Source: Candidatus Dojkabacteria bacterium (lineage in GTDB: Bacteria; Patescibacteriota; Dojkabacteria; SC72; JAFGCJ01). From it: a DNA stretch of 64,000 bases. A program made the position numbers and the translations under genes. The notes below the pieces were generated by a model. It searched no databases and was not told the origin of the DNA. It saw only the letters and a list, made by a program, of their open reading frames with translations. Below are positions 50,310 to 60,597 of the stretch, piece after piece (the stretch's first letter is position 1; every line of letters begins with the position of its first letter). The stretch is from the NCBI GenBank assembly GCA_016929645.1, contig JAFGIK010000028.1, forward strand, positions 11,402 to 75,401, written 5' to 3'.

Positions 50310-53129
50310 ATGAAAACACAAATTTTCGAAAAATTAAAATCGCAGCACAAAAAGATTTTTATTGGAGTCTCATGGCCATACGCAAATGGCGATATACACC
50401 TTGGACACCTTGCTGGTCAAAATGTCGTGTGCGATGTTTTTGCCCGTTATCACAGGCTTATTGGAAACGAAGTCCTAATGGTTTCAGGAAGCGATTGTCA
50501 CGGTGCACCTGTTGTTTTTGCCGCAGAAGAAAAAGGCATTAAACCAGAGGAATTTGCAGAAAAATCTCATGAAAATATTTTAAAAACATTTAAGAGACTT
50601 GGATTTTTATATGAAAATTACACTTCAACAACAACAGAAAACCATAAAAAAGTTGCACAAAATGTTTTTTTAGTATTAAAAGAGAAAGGTTATCTTGTTG
50701 AAAAAGAATCTCAACAATACTTCGATCCCAAGGTCAATAGGTTTTTGCCAGACAGATATGTCAGAGGAACTTGCCCAAACTGCAAAGCAGACAATGCCCG
50801 CGGTGATGAATGTCCTGAGTGTGGAGCCTATCTTGATCCAGAGGAGCTAATCAACCCTCGTAGCACATTATCTGATGCCACCCCAATAATCAAACAGACG
50901 AATCATTTTTATCTGGACTTGCGAAAAGCAGCACCAAAACTCAACGAATGGTTGAAAGATAAGAATTACTGGCGAAAATGGGTACTGGAAGTTTCTCGAG
51001 GATGGATTAAAAATGGATTAAAACCTCGGGCTATCACCCGTGACATGGACTACGGAATCAAAGTTCCAGTTGACGGATGGGAAGGAAAAGTCATATACGT
51101 ATGGTTTGAGGCAGTTATCGGATATTTATCTGCAGCAATTGAATGGGCCGCCAAGCAAGGAAACCCCGGCAAATGGGAAGAATTCTGGAAGAATTCAGAA
51201 TGTAAGCATTATTACTTTATTGCAGGCGGAAATGTACCGTTTCACACAATAATATGGCCTGCCGAAATTTTCGCTTACAACGAAAAGTACGAAGATAAGG
51301 CGATATTCGAGAAATATAAACTTCCGGGGGAAACAACACAGGAAAATCTTCAACTTCCTTATGACGTACCTGCAAATAATATGCTGACATTCCGTGGCAA
51401 AAAGATGTCAAAAGGTGACAAAACAGGAATAACCTTACAGAAATTACTTGATGAATACAAATTTAACCCTGATACATTAAGGTATTTTTTTGTAAAAAAT
51501 GCGCCGGAAGATACAAACCGAGACTATATATCAAAAGATCTTGTCGACTCAAATAACAACGAATTGGTGGCAAATATCGGCAATTTTATTAATCGAGTTG
51601 TTTCTTTTACGAATTCGAAGTTTGAAGGAATCGTGCCGGAAGGGCATGTTAATAACGAGACCGAGACTCAGCTTAATGAAACTTTCATTAAAACTGGAAA
51701 ATATATCGAAGAATGCGAATTTGTTAAAGCAATTGAACAAATTCTGGCACTTGGACACTACGCTAATAAGTATTTTAACGATCAAAAACCTTGGGAAAAA
51801 ATAAAAACCGAGCAAGAAAATGCAAGTAACACCATTTACAACTCTATCCAGATTGTGTCTGCATTTGGAACCCTGCTGAAGCCTTTTTTACCGTTCACAG
51901 CAGAAAAAATTCAAAAAATGTTAAATTTTAATGAATTGTATGATCCTAACAAAGAACTTGAATCTAATGGCAAAATATCAAAGTTTGTAAACGTATGGAA
52001 ATTTAATGAAATCCCAGTGGGTCAAAAAATTAACAAACCTGAGATTTTATTTGAAAAGCTCGATTACAGAGAGGAATTCCAAAAGACTGACAACCCTGAA
52101 CCAGAAATCATCATAAGCACTGAAACATCGGGCTTAGATTTCTCAAAGATTGATCCAAACGTTGTTATCGCAAAAATTAAAAGCTCACAGCCACATCCGA
52201 AAGACGCTAAATTAAAAATTCATGAAGTTGAGTCTCGGTCTCCAAGCAGAGTCGTCTGTGCCGCCCAAAACGTAAACCCAGGCGATATCGTCCCGCTCGC
52301 CCTTCCAGGAAGCAAAGTACTTTCGCTTTCAGGGAAAGGCAAACATAAGATCGAAAGTGCCACCATAAAAGGTGAAAAATCAGAGGGAATGCTTTGCGCC
52401 CAAGTAGAACTTGGCATAGGTCAAGACACCAAAAACATATATATCCTTCCAAAATCATTCGAAAAACATATTGGAAAACCGTTATCATCAATCCGTTCAA
52501 TTGGTCTCAACATAGATGAAACCCTAAAAGATGAACCTGTCCTTTGGACTGTCGTTAGGGACATTAACATCAAGAGGAATCGATCGAATAAGTTGAACAA
52601 ATGGATCCATGATCGTGAGCTGGAGGTTGAACAGATAACCAAAAATAAGAAATGGAAAGAAAATGAAATTTATTCTCATTTTCGAGAATTACACAGCAAA
52701 TATGGAGCAGGGGATACTCCAGGAGCAGCAGAGGAGTTGATATCTTTCGTTAATAAAAACCATGCATTGCCAAACATTAACAACTTCGTCGATTTATACA
52801 ACACTTTTTCGGCAACAACAGGAATATCAATAGGAGCTCATGACATAGAAAGGATTGATGGTACGCCACAGCTAAAAATCCTTGAAAAAGATCAAGAATT
52901 CAATCATGTGACAACAAATACAAAAGATGTTGCCAAAAAAGGCGAATACGCATTTACTGATGATAAAGGAGTGATGTGCAGACTGGACATAAAACAGTCG
53001 AACCATACAAATGTCACACAGAAAACTAAAAAAATCCTTATTATTTTCCAAGGAACTAAGACTCTGACAATCAAAGTATTGAAAGAAAAATTAAAGGAAT
53101 TCGAAAAACTAGTTAAAGAACTTCTTTAG
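50310..53129 (+). CDS. metG: Methionyl-tRNA synthetase fused to a C-terminal tRNA_bind OB-fold and a PheT-like B3/4 domain (939 aa)
   Basis: HLGH and KMSKG class I motifs, Zn knuckle CPNCK...CPECG, tRNA_bind (PGDIVPLALPGSKV...SEGMLCAQVELGI), then VDLYNTFSATTGISIGAHDIERIDG...AFTDDKGVMCRLDI resembling the PheT B3/4 block [25 protein letters not shown]...IADHNKALAMGGI. Confidence 0.9.
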   Translation: MKTQIFEKLKSQHKKIFIGVSWPYANGDIHLGHLAGQNVVCDVFARYHRLIGNEVLMVSGSDCHGAPVVFAAEEKGIKPEEFAEKSHENILKTFKRLGFLYENYTSTTTENHKKVAQNVFLVLKEKGYLVEKESQQYFDPKVNRFLPDRYVRGTCPNCKADNARGDECPECGAYLDPEELINPRSTLSDATPIIKQTNHFYLDLRKAAPKLNEWLKDKNYWRKWVLEVSRGWIKNGLKPRAITRDMDYGIKVPVDGWEGKVIYVWFEAVIGYLSAAIEWAAKQGNPGKWEEFWKNSECKHYYFIAGGNVPFHTIIWPAEIFAYNEKYEDKAIFEKYKLPGETTQENLQLPYDVPANNMLTFRGKKMSKGDKTGITLQKLLDEYKFNPDTLRYFFVKNAPEDTNRDYISKDLVDSNNNELVANIGNFINRVVSFTNSKFEGIVPEGHVNNETETQLNETFIKTGKYIEECEFVKAIEQILALGHYANKYFNDQKPWEKIKTEQENASNTIYNSIQIVSAFGTLLKPFLPFTAEKIQKMLNFNELYDPNKELESNGKISKFVNVWKFNEIPVGQKINKPEILFEKLDYREEFQKTDNPEPEIIISTETSGLDFSKIDPNVVIAKIKSSQPHPKDAKLKIHEVESRSPSRVVCAAQNVNPGDIVPLALPGSKVLSLSGKGKHKIESATIKGEKSEGMLCAQVELGIGQDTKNIYILPKSFEKHIGKPLSSIRSIGLNIDETLKDEPVLWTVVRDINIKRNRSNKLNKWIHDRELEVEQITKNKKWKENEIYSHFRELHSKYGAGDTPGAAEELISFVNKNHALPNINNFVDLYNTFSATTGISIGAHDIERIDGTPQLKILEKDQEFNHVTTNTKDVAKKGEYAFTDDKGVMCRLDIKQSNHTNVTQKTKKILIIFQGTKTLTIKVLKEKLKEFEKLVKELL
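51655..51700. repeat. Possible degenerate partial copy inside metG (GACCGAGACTCAGCTT + AATGAAACTTTCATTAAAA)
   Basis: A 16-nt exact match to the copy A core plus an arm-like palindrome. Encodes NETETQLNETFIK in frame. Confidence 0.3.
52209..52239. repeat. Partial copy of the palindromic element inside metG (AAAAATTCATGAAGTTGAGTCTCGGTCT)
   Basis: Matches the reverse complement of copy A (AAAATTTAATGAAGCTGAGTCTCGGTCT) at about 27 of 30 positions. Encodes HEVESRS in frame. Confidence 0.45.
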
Positions 53130-54573
53130 AACTAGTAGATAATCCAGCATTAAAACCAAACTGTTGCCATCTATCGACCCAGTTTTTCTTAATCTTTTGA
53201 GCAACATTTGTCAAATCATTCAATTGATTAAATATTGTTTCCCAAAGTTCAATATATTTGTCAGAATCAGGTGTAACTTGCCTATCACCTCTTTTGCGCT
53301 TAATCTTTTTCTTACCACTAAGTAGTTCTACAAGTTCAAATTTCATTCGCATCCTGTCAAGTCGAGCCTGCGTTCTTGTTGACACTGGATCAGTAAGCTT
53401 TGCTTTCTTTTCAAGATACTCAACAGCTTTTGCGTAGTTAATCCGAGCAATCTCAAGATCTTTATTAAACCTATCTTTATCCTCTCTATCGGTACCAGCG
53501 AGTGCTATATCAGCCAGATCTTCATGCCAGGCGTTTGAATTGGCTAAGGCATTCGCAAGATAGCGTTCAACTCGGTCTACATGTTCATCTGAAGCTTTTT
53601 CATAAAGGTCTTCGAGAGAGTTAACTGCCGTTGAAAATGCATCTGTAGTTAACACTTCCAAAAATGCCAACGGATTTCCAGATAATATGACATCATCAAA
53701 AATCTCAGATATTCGTGCGCAATGTAATTCTTCAGAATTCATTTGCGGAATACTTTCGTACATTTTTCGCAAAACCATACCTTTTTGATTGAGAAGCATG
53801 TCGTAAACAATAAGAAATTCTGGATCATCAAGATCTTTACGATCCAATAAATCTATACCTACAGTTGTATTGTTTAAAGCAGCTTGGTAGTAATAAAACT
53901 TATCATCAAGTTTAGGTTCAAAATAGGCTTCACAATATTTGAAAAATATTGCAGTTCGTAGCAATCCTCTAGCATAGTTAAGTCTTGCATAACGAGAGAT
54001 AAGTTCATTTTCGGATTGTGAGTTTTTTTTATAAAATGATTCATAATATTGAAACATGGCATTAAAATGATTTCGCCATAAGTTTCTATCCTGCTTATTC
54101 CATTCTGTATGAGGTTTCATTTCCCACATACTCCCTGTTATATAGCGGAGTAAAACATAATTCAAAGCATCTGCCTTTCCTAGTTGGAACATTTCTTTAT
54201 AATAAGAAACATAATATCTGTAATCCCAAGATAAAGTTTGATTTTCTTGTTTTCCATGAAGTTCTAGTGCCCAATCAGTACACAAAGCTAATCGCTCAGC
54301 CATAAATGCTCTACCAGCAAAAGCTCTTTGGTCTCGATCTTCCGGCCTTTCCTTCTTATGAAGATCCTCTAACCTGATCATTGCGAGATGTATCGTCTCA
54401 GCTAGTGAAATTTGAGCTAATAGTGCCTCTTCTGATTCAGGTCCTTGTTGATTGCATAGCTCAATATATTGTTCTATATAAGAAGGAACTTTAGCTTCAA
54501 GCTTTGATAAAAGTTCAGAATGTGTAGAATATTCGCCAAGCATTTCTTGAAACTCTATAACATTTTCACTCAT
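53113..54573 (-). CDS. Hypothetical alpha-helical protein
   Basis: ORF track entry; convergent with metG, overlapping it by 17 nt. Confidence 0.35.
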   Translation of the reverse strand: MSENVIEFQEMLGEYSTHSELLSKLEAKVPSYIEQYIELCNQQGPESEEALLAQISLAETIHLAMIRLEDLHKKERPEDRDQRAFAGRAFMAERLALCTDWALELHGKQENQTLSWDYRYYVSYYKEMFQLGKADALNYVLLRYITGSMWEMKPHTEWNKQDRNLWRNHFNAMFQYYESFYKKNSQSENELISRYARLNYARGLLRTAIFFKYCEAYFEPKLDDKFYYYQAALNNTTVGIDLLDRKDLDDPEFLIVYDMLLNQKGMVLRKMYESIPQMNSEELHCARISEIFDDVILSGNPLAFLEVLTTDAFSTAVNSLEDLYEKASDEHVDRVERYLANALANSNAWHEDLADIALAGTDREDKDRFNKDLEIARINYAKAVEYLEKKAKLTDPVSTRTQARLDRMRMKFELVELLSGKKKIKRKRGDRQVTPDSDKYIELWETIFNQLNDLTNVAQKIKKNWVDRWQQFGFNAGLSTSSKEVL

Positions 54574-54685
54574 TACTATTACTGTTCAAAACTTATTAAT
54601 ACCCTATAACATATTATACCATACAATACTACATATTTCACCATAAAAGATTACTCTTTTAGCAGATATTCGAACTTTCTTTTTA

Positions 54686-55261
54686 CTACACCTTCTTATA
54701 CAAATATACGAACCTCTTTAGCACTGATGTTTTTGTTTTGAGCTTAAGTTCAGACGATTTTATAGGGAAAATTATACTGGCAATATAAGTGCCTTTTTTG
54801 AGATCGGCTTCAAATTTTTTGACAAGCTCCGGCATTCGGCTTGGAATTCCGAAAATATAGATTTTATTAAATTTTAATAAATCAACATTTCTGTAGTCTT
54901 CATTAAGAATCAATATTTTTCGTTTATTAAACGAAAAAAAGCGATAAAACACGGAAAAAAGATAGAGAATCTTGCGAATTTCAATTCCAGTAGAATTTAC
55001 GCCATATTTCCTTGATGCAAAAAATAAAACTTTGCCAGTTCCTGAGCCGATATCTACAAACATATCAGATGGTTTTAATTTAAGAAGAGTTAAGGCTTTT
55101 TTCATGAAAATATCACGACTTGGAAGATATGGTACAAGACTTTTGTTTTTTAACGTTTTTTGAAAAGTTAGCTGTATAAAAATAATCCTTATTGAAAGAA
55201 ATATTAATGATACAGCCAAACCTAGACGTATTATATTAACCAGCAAATGCCAGTAATTCAT
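54686..55261 (-). CDS. Small SAM-dependent methyltransferase with an N-terminal TM
   Basis: Motif I VDIGSGTGK. Confidence 0.5.
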   Translation of the reverse strand: MNYWHLLVNIIRLGLAVSLIFLSIRIIFIQLTFQKTLKNKSLVPYLPSRDIFMKKALTLLKLKPSDMFVDIGSGTGKVLFFASRKYGVNSTGIEIRKILYLFSVFYRFFSFNKRKILILNEDYRNVDLLKFNKIYIFGIPSRMPELVKKFEADLKKGTYIASIIFPIKSSELKLKTKTSVLKRFVYLYKKV

Positions 55262-55342
55262 CTGTTGTTAATCAAAAGTTAATTAATAGTACAATTGCAC
55301 GAAAAATTAAAACTTTTTCAAACAGGCATTTCACTACTCATA

Positions 55343-57757
55343 CTATTCAACCTCAACTGGCCATTTTTCCATCATCAAGAGTCCTGATTTATGACCATCT
55401 TCTAACAACCCCATACCCTTGAGATTCTGCCAAATATATTCTGTTACAAACGGTGCAAAAGGATGAATCAATTTTAATGAAGTAATAATAATCGTCAACA
55501 AACGGGACATAAATTTCGCCTTATTTTCAGGATCTTCATCAATAAGCTTTTTCGTTTCTTCGATCCATTGGTCACAAACGGTGTGCCAGAAGAATTCCCT
55601 TAATTCTTCAACAGCAAGATTAAATCTATATTTATTGATGTAATCTGTAATCCTTGTTGCCGTAGCATAAGTTTGCTTGAGCCACTCGTCATCAGCATTC
55701 TTTAGATTCATTAAATTTTCATTAATTTCACCATCAAGTTGTTTAATTTCATTTTCATTAAACAAATCCTCCAACTTCATCATGACAAAGCGACTGGCAT
55801 TCCATATCTTATTTACAAAATTTCGATTACCCATCAACTTATCATCCATGATTGGAGTACTTTGACCAGGAAGTGTTGCAGTGTAGTACCACAGACGGAG
55901 TGCATCAGCACCATATTTCTTTAACACATCAGCAGGCTCAACTCCATTTCCTTTGGATTTAGACATTTTCTGACCATCTGCCGCCAAAATCATGCCATGC
56001 AAGTAAACTGTATGAAAAGGAGTTTTCCCAGTACGATACATAGACATCATCATCATTCTGGCAACCCAGAAAAACAAAATGTCACGAGCAGTTTCCATTA
56101 CATCTGTTGGGAAAAATTTCTTAAAATCTTCTCCTTCAGGTCCACCCATAGTTGAGAAAGTCCACTGACCTGATGAATACCACGTGTCAAAAACATCTTC
56201 TTCTTGAACAATATCAACATCAGCTGCAGATTTTCCACATTTTTCGCACTTTTCAGGCTTATCTATAGCAGCCATGGCATTACCGCAACCGTTTACTTTT
56301 TCCCCAGTTTCCTTTTCGAAATCCTCGATAGACTTGTCAGGATTGCTTAACTTCCAGTCAAAGAACTTCTTAGAACCACAGTACCAAACTGGAATTTGAT
56401 GTCCCCACCAAAGTTGACGAGAAATACACCATGGCTCGAGTTTTTCAAACCACTGGCGCAGCACCCGATGCTGATTTTCAGGTAGCACTACAGTTTCCCT
56501 TTTATCCAAGGCTTCAATGCATTTTTCTGCCAAGGATTTTATGTTTACAAACCATTGTTTTGACATAATTTGTTCAATGTCATTCTTGCAACGCTCACAA
56601 ACAATAACCTCGTGCGGAAAATCCTCAACTTTAACCAACAATCCCTCATTTTTAAGATCTTCAATAACCGCATCACGACACTCTTTTACCGTCATACCCT
56701 GGTATTTCTCAGGTGCATTGTCATTCATTTTTCCTTCTTCATTGATCACATTTATGACTTCAAGATTGTGCTCTTTGCCAATGCCAAAGTCGATAGATGA
56801 ATGAGCAGGTGTTACTTTCAAAGCGCCTGTACCAAAATCCTTATCAACTTCTCTTGCAGCAATAACTGGAATCTCCCTGTCTGTTAATGGCAATTTAACT
56901 TTTTTACCAACAAGATCTTTGTATCGATCATCATCAGTAGAAACTGCTACTGCAGTGTCTCCAAGCATAGTTTCAGGTCGAGTTGTTGCTACAGTGACAA
57001 ACTTAGTCGGGTCATCAGCATACGGATATTTGATATATGCAAAGATGCCTTTTTTCTCAATATGATCTGTATCAATATTGGCAAGTGCTGTCTTACAGTG
57101 GGTACACTGGTTAATGATGTACTCGTCTCGATAAACCATACCTTCATTAAACATTTTAATGAAAGTTTCAAAAATAACTTTATTTAGGCCTTCGTCAAGA
57201 GTAAATTTTTCACGTGACCAATCGGAAGATAGACCAATTCTTTTTTCCTGCTGCCTTGCATGATCAGCATTTTTTGTACAAAATTCATAGGCTTTATGAT
57301 AAAACTTTTCTCTACCGATTTCCCATTTATCAAGGCCTCTTTCTGCCAACACTTTTGTAAAAACGGCTTCCGTTTGTATCCCTGCATGATCTTTACCAGG
57401 TAAAAGTAGGGTAGGCCGACCATTCATTCGATTGTAACGACCCATACAATCCTGAAAAGAATAACCACACATATGGCCAATATGAAGCTCTCCGTTTGCA
57501 TTTGGAGGTGGCTGTGTTATGACAAAAGGCTTTTTCGATTTTACTTCTTTCTTTGTCGAACTTTCTGTCTTTGATGACTCTTCATGAAGATCAGAAATCA
57601 TTTTGTCTGGATTAAAATAACCCGAATCTTCCCATAATTTATACATCTGCATTTCATCATCAGGCGTATATTTTTTGGGAATTTGAAACGAATCACTGGT
57701 AGAAGATTTCTCTCCAGCATTATTTTCTTTCTCAGCTTTTATTTCTTTGCCAGCCAT
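55343..57757 (-). CDS. valS: Valyl-tRNA synthetase
   Basis: PPNANGELHIGH, GKDHAGIQTE, WCISRQLWWGHQIP and KMSKSKGN. 804 aa, lacking the usual C-terminal coiled coil. Confidence 0.75.
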   Translation of the reverse strand: MAGKEIKAEKENNAGEKSSTSDSFQIPKKYTPDDEMQMYKLWEDSGYFNPDKMISDLHEESSKTESSTKKEVKSKKPFVITQPPPNANGELHIGHMCGYSFQDCMGRYNRMNGRPTLLLPGKDHAGIQTEAVFTKVLAERGLDKWEIGREKFYHKAYEFCTKNADHARQQEKRIGLSSDWSREKFTLDEGLNKVIFETFIKMFNEGMVYRDEYIINQCTHCKTALANIDTDHIEKKGIFAYIKYPYADDPTKFVTVATTRPETMLGDTAVAVSTDDDRYKDLVGKKVKLPLTDREIPVIAAREVDKDFGTGALKVTPAHSSIDFGIGKEHNLEVINVINEEGKMNDNAPEKYQGMTVKECRDAVIEDLKNEGLLVKVEDFPHEVIVCERCKNDIEQIMSKQWFVNIKSLAEKCIEALDKRETVVLPENQHRVLRQWFEKLEPWCISRQLWWGHQIPVWYCGSKKFFDWKLSNPDKSIEDFEKETGEKVNGCGNAMAAIDKPEKCEKCGKSAADVDIVQEEDVFDTWYSSGQWTFSTMGGPEGEDFKKFFPTDVMETARDILFFWVARMMMMSMYRTGKTPFHTVYLHGMILAADGQKMSKSKGNGVEPADVLKKYGADALRLWYYTATLPGQSTPIMDDKLMGNRNFVNKIWNASRFVMMKLEDLFNENEIKQLDGEINENLMNLKNADDEWLKQTYATATRITDYINKYRFNLAVEELREFFWHTVCDQWIEETKKLIDEDPENKAKFMSRLLTIIITSLKLIHPFAPFVTEYIWQNLKGMGLLEDGHKSGLLMMEKWPVEVE

Positions 57758-58090
57758 ATGCTTTATTTAAAAATTTATATCAAAAAAAATCCGTCCTCAT
57801 CAGATTAATAAAAATTAACCTGAAAAGGACGGATTTCTATATATAATTCTCCGTGGTACCACCTTTTTTTCTTCAAAAGTTACCTTTATGAAGCTCTTTT
57901 CCATACTATCTCAATGAAGCATTAATATGGGACTGAATCACCAGCTCAGCAACTGCCAGAGTCTATTCGCTTTATTAGAAATTTGGCTAACAAAGTTTTC
58001 TTTCTGAACCTCCAGAGTGACTAGCTCTGTACATTCGGTTTATTAAATTAAGAAAATTTTAACAAAAAATAAAGGAATCTTCAATGTTAA
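57758..58090 (-). promoter_or_regulatory. T-box riboswitch leader for valS
   Basis: Minus-strand AAAAAAAGGTGGTACCACGGAGAAT matches the T-box consensus AGGGUGGNACCGCGG (forward 57851-57863). It is followed by a terminator AAATCCGTCCT...AGGACGGATTT plus T8 (forward 57787-57836). A candidate GUC specifier lies in UAGUCAC upstream. Confidence 0.55.
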
Positions 58091-58096
58091 TTAAAA

Positions 58097-58125
58097 GCCC
58101 CGCCGTTAGGCGGGGCTTTTGCTTA
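58097..58125 (-). terminator. Rho-independent terminator (AAAAGCCCCGCC-TAAC-GGCGGGGCTTTT) downstream of the 58144..59385 gene; hairpin symmetric on both strands
   Basis: GC-rich stem with flanking A/T tracts. Confidence 0.6.
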
Positions 58126-58143
58126 CTTATTCATCAAGTATAC

Positions 58144-59385
58144 TTATGCTTGCTTCTTTGGCCTTACCACCAATACTGCTCCCATCAACCCTAATCCTGA
58201 CATTACTCCCAATACAACACTAGCCCCTGTATCTGCAAGTAAATCATATATATCAAACGCCTGCGATAACTCTGCACTTACAGTATATGATGATCCACTT
58301 AACACTGCATTCAATTGATATGTACCTACTGTATTTACTGCCAAATCACTAAAAGTCGCTACTCCATCTACCACTGGTCTTGTTAAGGTACCTACTATCT
58401 GTCCATCTCCTCCGACCAAGTTTAATGTAACATATGTATCTGCCTCGTCTAATAATGTATCAAATTGATCCATTACCCTTACCTGTATTGGTGCCATTGT
58501 ATTACTTACCTGCGTATCCACTGGCTGTACGTTGAATTCAATCTGATATTCTCTCTCTAACGTAACCTCTAGATCAAGTGAAAATATCTGATCAGCAACA
58601 TCATCATCATCACTAAAGATTGCTACACCGCCTGTGTAATTCCCTGGCCCAGTAGCGTTTACTCCCATTACTAAATTTACACTCTCCAATGGATCTAATG
58701 TATATATTCCTGTTCCTGGTCCGTATACATAAAAATCACCAAGAATATTATTTGGATTTATCTCTAATGGCAAATGTCCATCATTTCTAACAGTAAAAGA
58801 AAACGGTGTTAACGATGTAGATGTACTTGATACAAGTTGTCCATTTGTTAATGCTGTCGTATCCTCATATACTCCAATCTCTGGGGTTGCTTCAAATACG
58901 AGGAATGCAAAATCTGTTGTCGGATGCCAAATGTTATCAAATAGTGCTTGACCTAATGCATAAGGTGTCGCGCTATAGTATAGACCAAATTCACTGCCAT
59001 CAGATCTTCTAACCAAAATTGAATAAGTAGAACCACTAACTATATTGAAATCTTCGAATATACACTCAATTTGAGTATAACCTCCATTTACTGTTGTCCG
59101 ACAGTTTTGTCCTTGGACTCCTGAAGCATAATCGTATGATTGACCATTGACTAGATACATTTCCTGAAAAGGAGCAAACAGAGAATACATTCTGACAACA
59201 ACATCCTCTGTACTAGCCTGAGCAACAAATGATTGACCCGAAAGATATAAGCTACCAGACCCAGAAGGCTGAGGTGCACTCACCTCTATCACATCATCTG
59301 GTGCAGCAAGAACATTTTTTGGAAAAAATAATACCAAACCAAATGCCATAAACATAGCTAAAAACAGCTTTGTATAAACCCTCAT
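58144..59385 (-). CDS. Secreted cell-surface protein with a C-terminal TM anchor and basic tail
   Basis: N-terminal signal peptide. C-terminal VVLGVMSGLGLMGAVLVVRPKKQA. Confidence 0.4.
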   Translation of the reverse strand: MRVYTKLFLAMFMAFGLVLFFPKNVLAAPDDVIEVSAPQPSGSGSLYLSGQSFVAQASTEDVVVRMYSLFAPFQEMYLVNGQSYDYASGVQGQNCRTTVNGGYTQIECIFEDFNIVSGSTYSILVRRSDGSEFGLYYSATPYALGQALFDNIWHPTTDFAFLVFEATPEIGVYEDTTALTNGQLVSSTSTSLTPFSFTVRNDGHLPLEINPNNILGDFYVYGPGTGIYTLDPLESVNLVMGVNATGPGNYTGGVAIFSDDDDVADQIFSLDLEVTLEREYQIEFNVQPVDTQVSNTMAPIQVRVMDQFDTLLDEADTYVTLNLVGGDGQIVGTLTRPVVDGVATFSDLAVNTVGTYQLNAVLSGSSYTVSAELSQAFDIYDLLADTGASVVLGVMSGLGLMGAVLVVRPKKQA

Positions 59386-59526
59386 AAATACTTTATTAAA
59401 AAAATTATTCTAAGCTATTAGCTTACAAAAAATTCCATCAGAAATCAATACTGAGAATGAACTTTTAAATTAAATTTGGTTAACATCTCCTTGCCCAAAA
59501 CCGTGAGGATCTTTTCACAATAACCT

Positions 59527-60483
59527 GTGCTCAACTCCATTAGGAATTTTGATAAAGATACGCTACAATCCCGAGTAGTGAAAAATATCTTATCCATAAG
59601 AAAAGAAGTCAAAAATCCCGAAATATTTGACATTACGATCGATAATATTTCACAGTTATTAAAGTACAATTCAGTAGAGAGTACTTTTTTTTTCTATCCA
59701 TTTGATCTTACAACAACAGCCAAAAGTTTTACTATCCAACCCTTTGATGAATATGTAGCAAATATATCTTGTTCACAACAATCTACATATAGAAAAATTC
59801 GATTTTTTGGCAAAAATTTCTTTGGATTGATACTTGGGTTAATAATTTTCATCATATTTGCACTAATAAAACCCGATGATCTTGTCTCTGTCCAATCCGT
59901 TGTTTCAATTTTTGGTGCCTATACTGTAGGAAAAGAAATGTGGGATGATATTGATTCAATACTGTCAACAATAACAAGGGCACTACCTGTTCGATGGATT
60001 TCTCAAAAATATCATTACTTAAGAGAGGAATATGGAACTATCAGACAATTTTGGGAGAAAGCAAGAATTCACAGATACCAGAAGTCAAGTATATTGCCTT
60101 TAAAAATGGATTTTATAAAGCACAGCAATTCAAAGACAGTCGTTCTTTTTTTCACAAAAAGATCATTGAAAAATTCAAATAAGGAAACAGCAAGAATAGC
60201 CTCTATCATAATAAAACCTGAATATATTAGCAAAATTAGAGAAAAAGGATTTATGTTTGGAGTAAAAATTATGCTTACTAAAACATTTTTGTTTTTTAAC
60301 TATGATGTCGAGCTTTTTCAGGCAATGACTACTGACGGAAAACTCAAAATCGGAACAGTTGACTCATCATATATCTGGCATGAAAAAACTATCTTGTTAA
60401 GAAAAATATTACGAATAGGAAGATTAAAGCTATACTTGAGCAAAGAAAACAGGAAAGAAGAGCTCATAATTTCTTCGAAATAA
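59527..60483 (+). CDS. Hypothetical protein with one central TM segment
   Basis: ORF track entry only. Confidence 0.3.
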   Translation: MLNSIRNFDKDTLQSRVVKNILSIRKEVKNPEIFDITIDNISQLLKYNSVESTFFFYPFDLTTTAKSFTIQPFDEYVANISCSQQSTYRKIRFFGKNFFGLILGLIIFIIFALIKPDDLVSVQSVVSIFGAYTVGKEMWDDIDSILSTITRALPVRWISQKYHYLREEYGTIRQFWEKARIHRYQKSSILPLKMDFIKHSNSKTVVLFFTKRSLKNSNKETARIASIIIKPEYISKIREKGFMFGVKIMLTKTFLFFNYDVELFQAMTTDGKLKIGTVDSSYIWHEKTILLRKILRIGRLKLYLSKENRKEELIISSK

Positions 60484-60597
60484 GAGGTTTTTTATAATAT
60501 TATGATTATCACTTCAGAAAAGCCTGACAAAATGGGATTATTTTTTACAAATCTGATATAATGCCTTGTATGACACCGCTTTTGAATCAATCGAATT

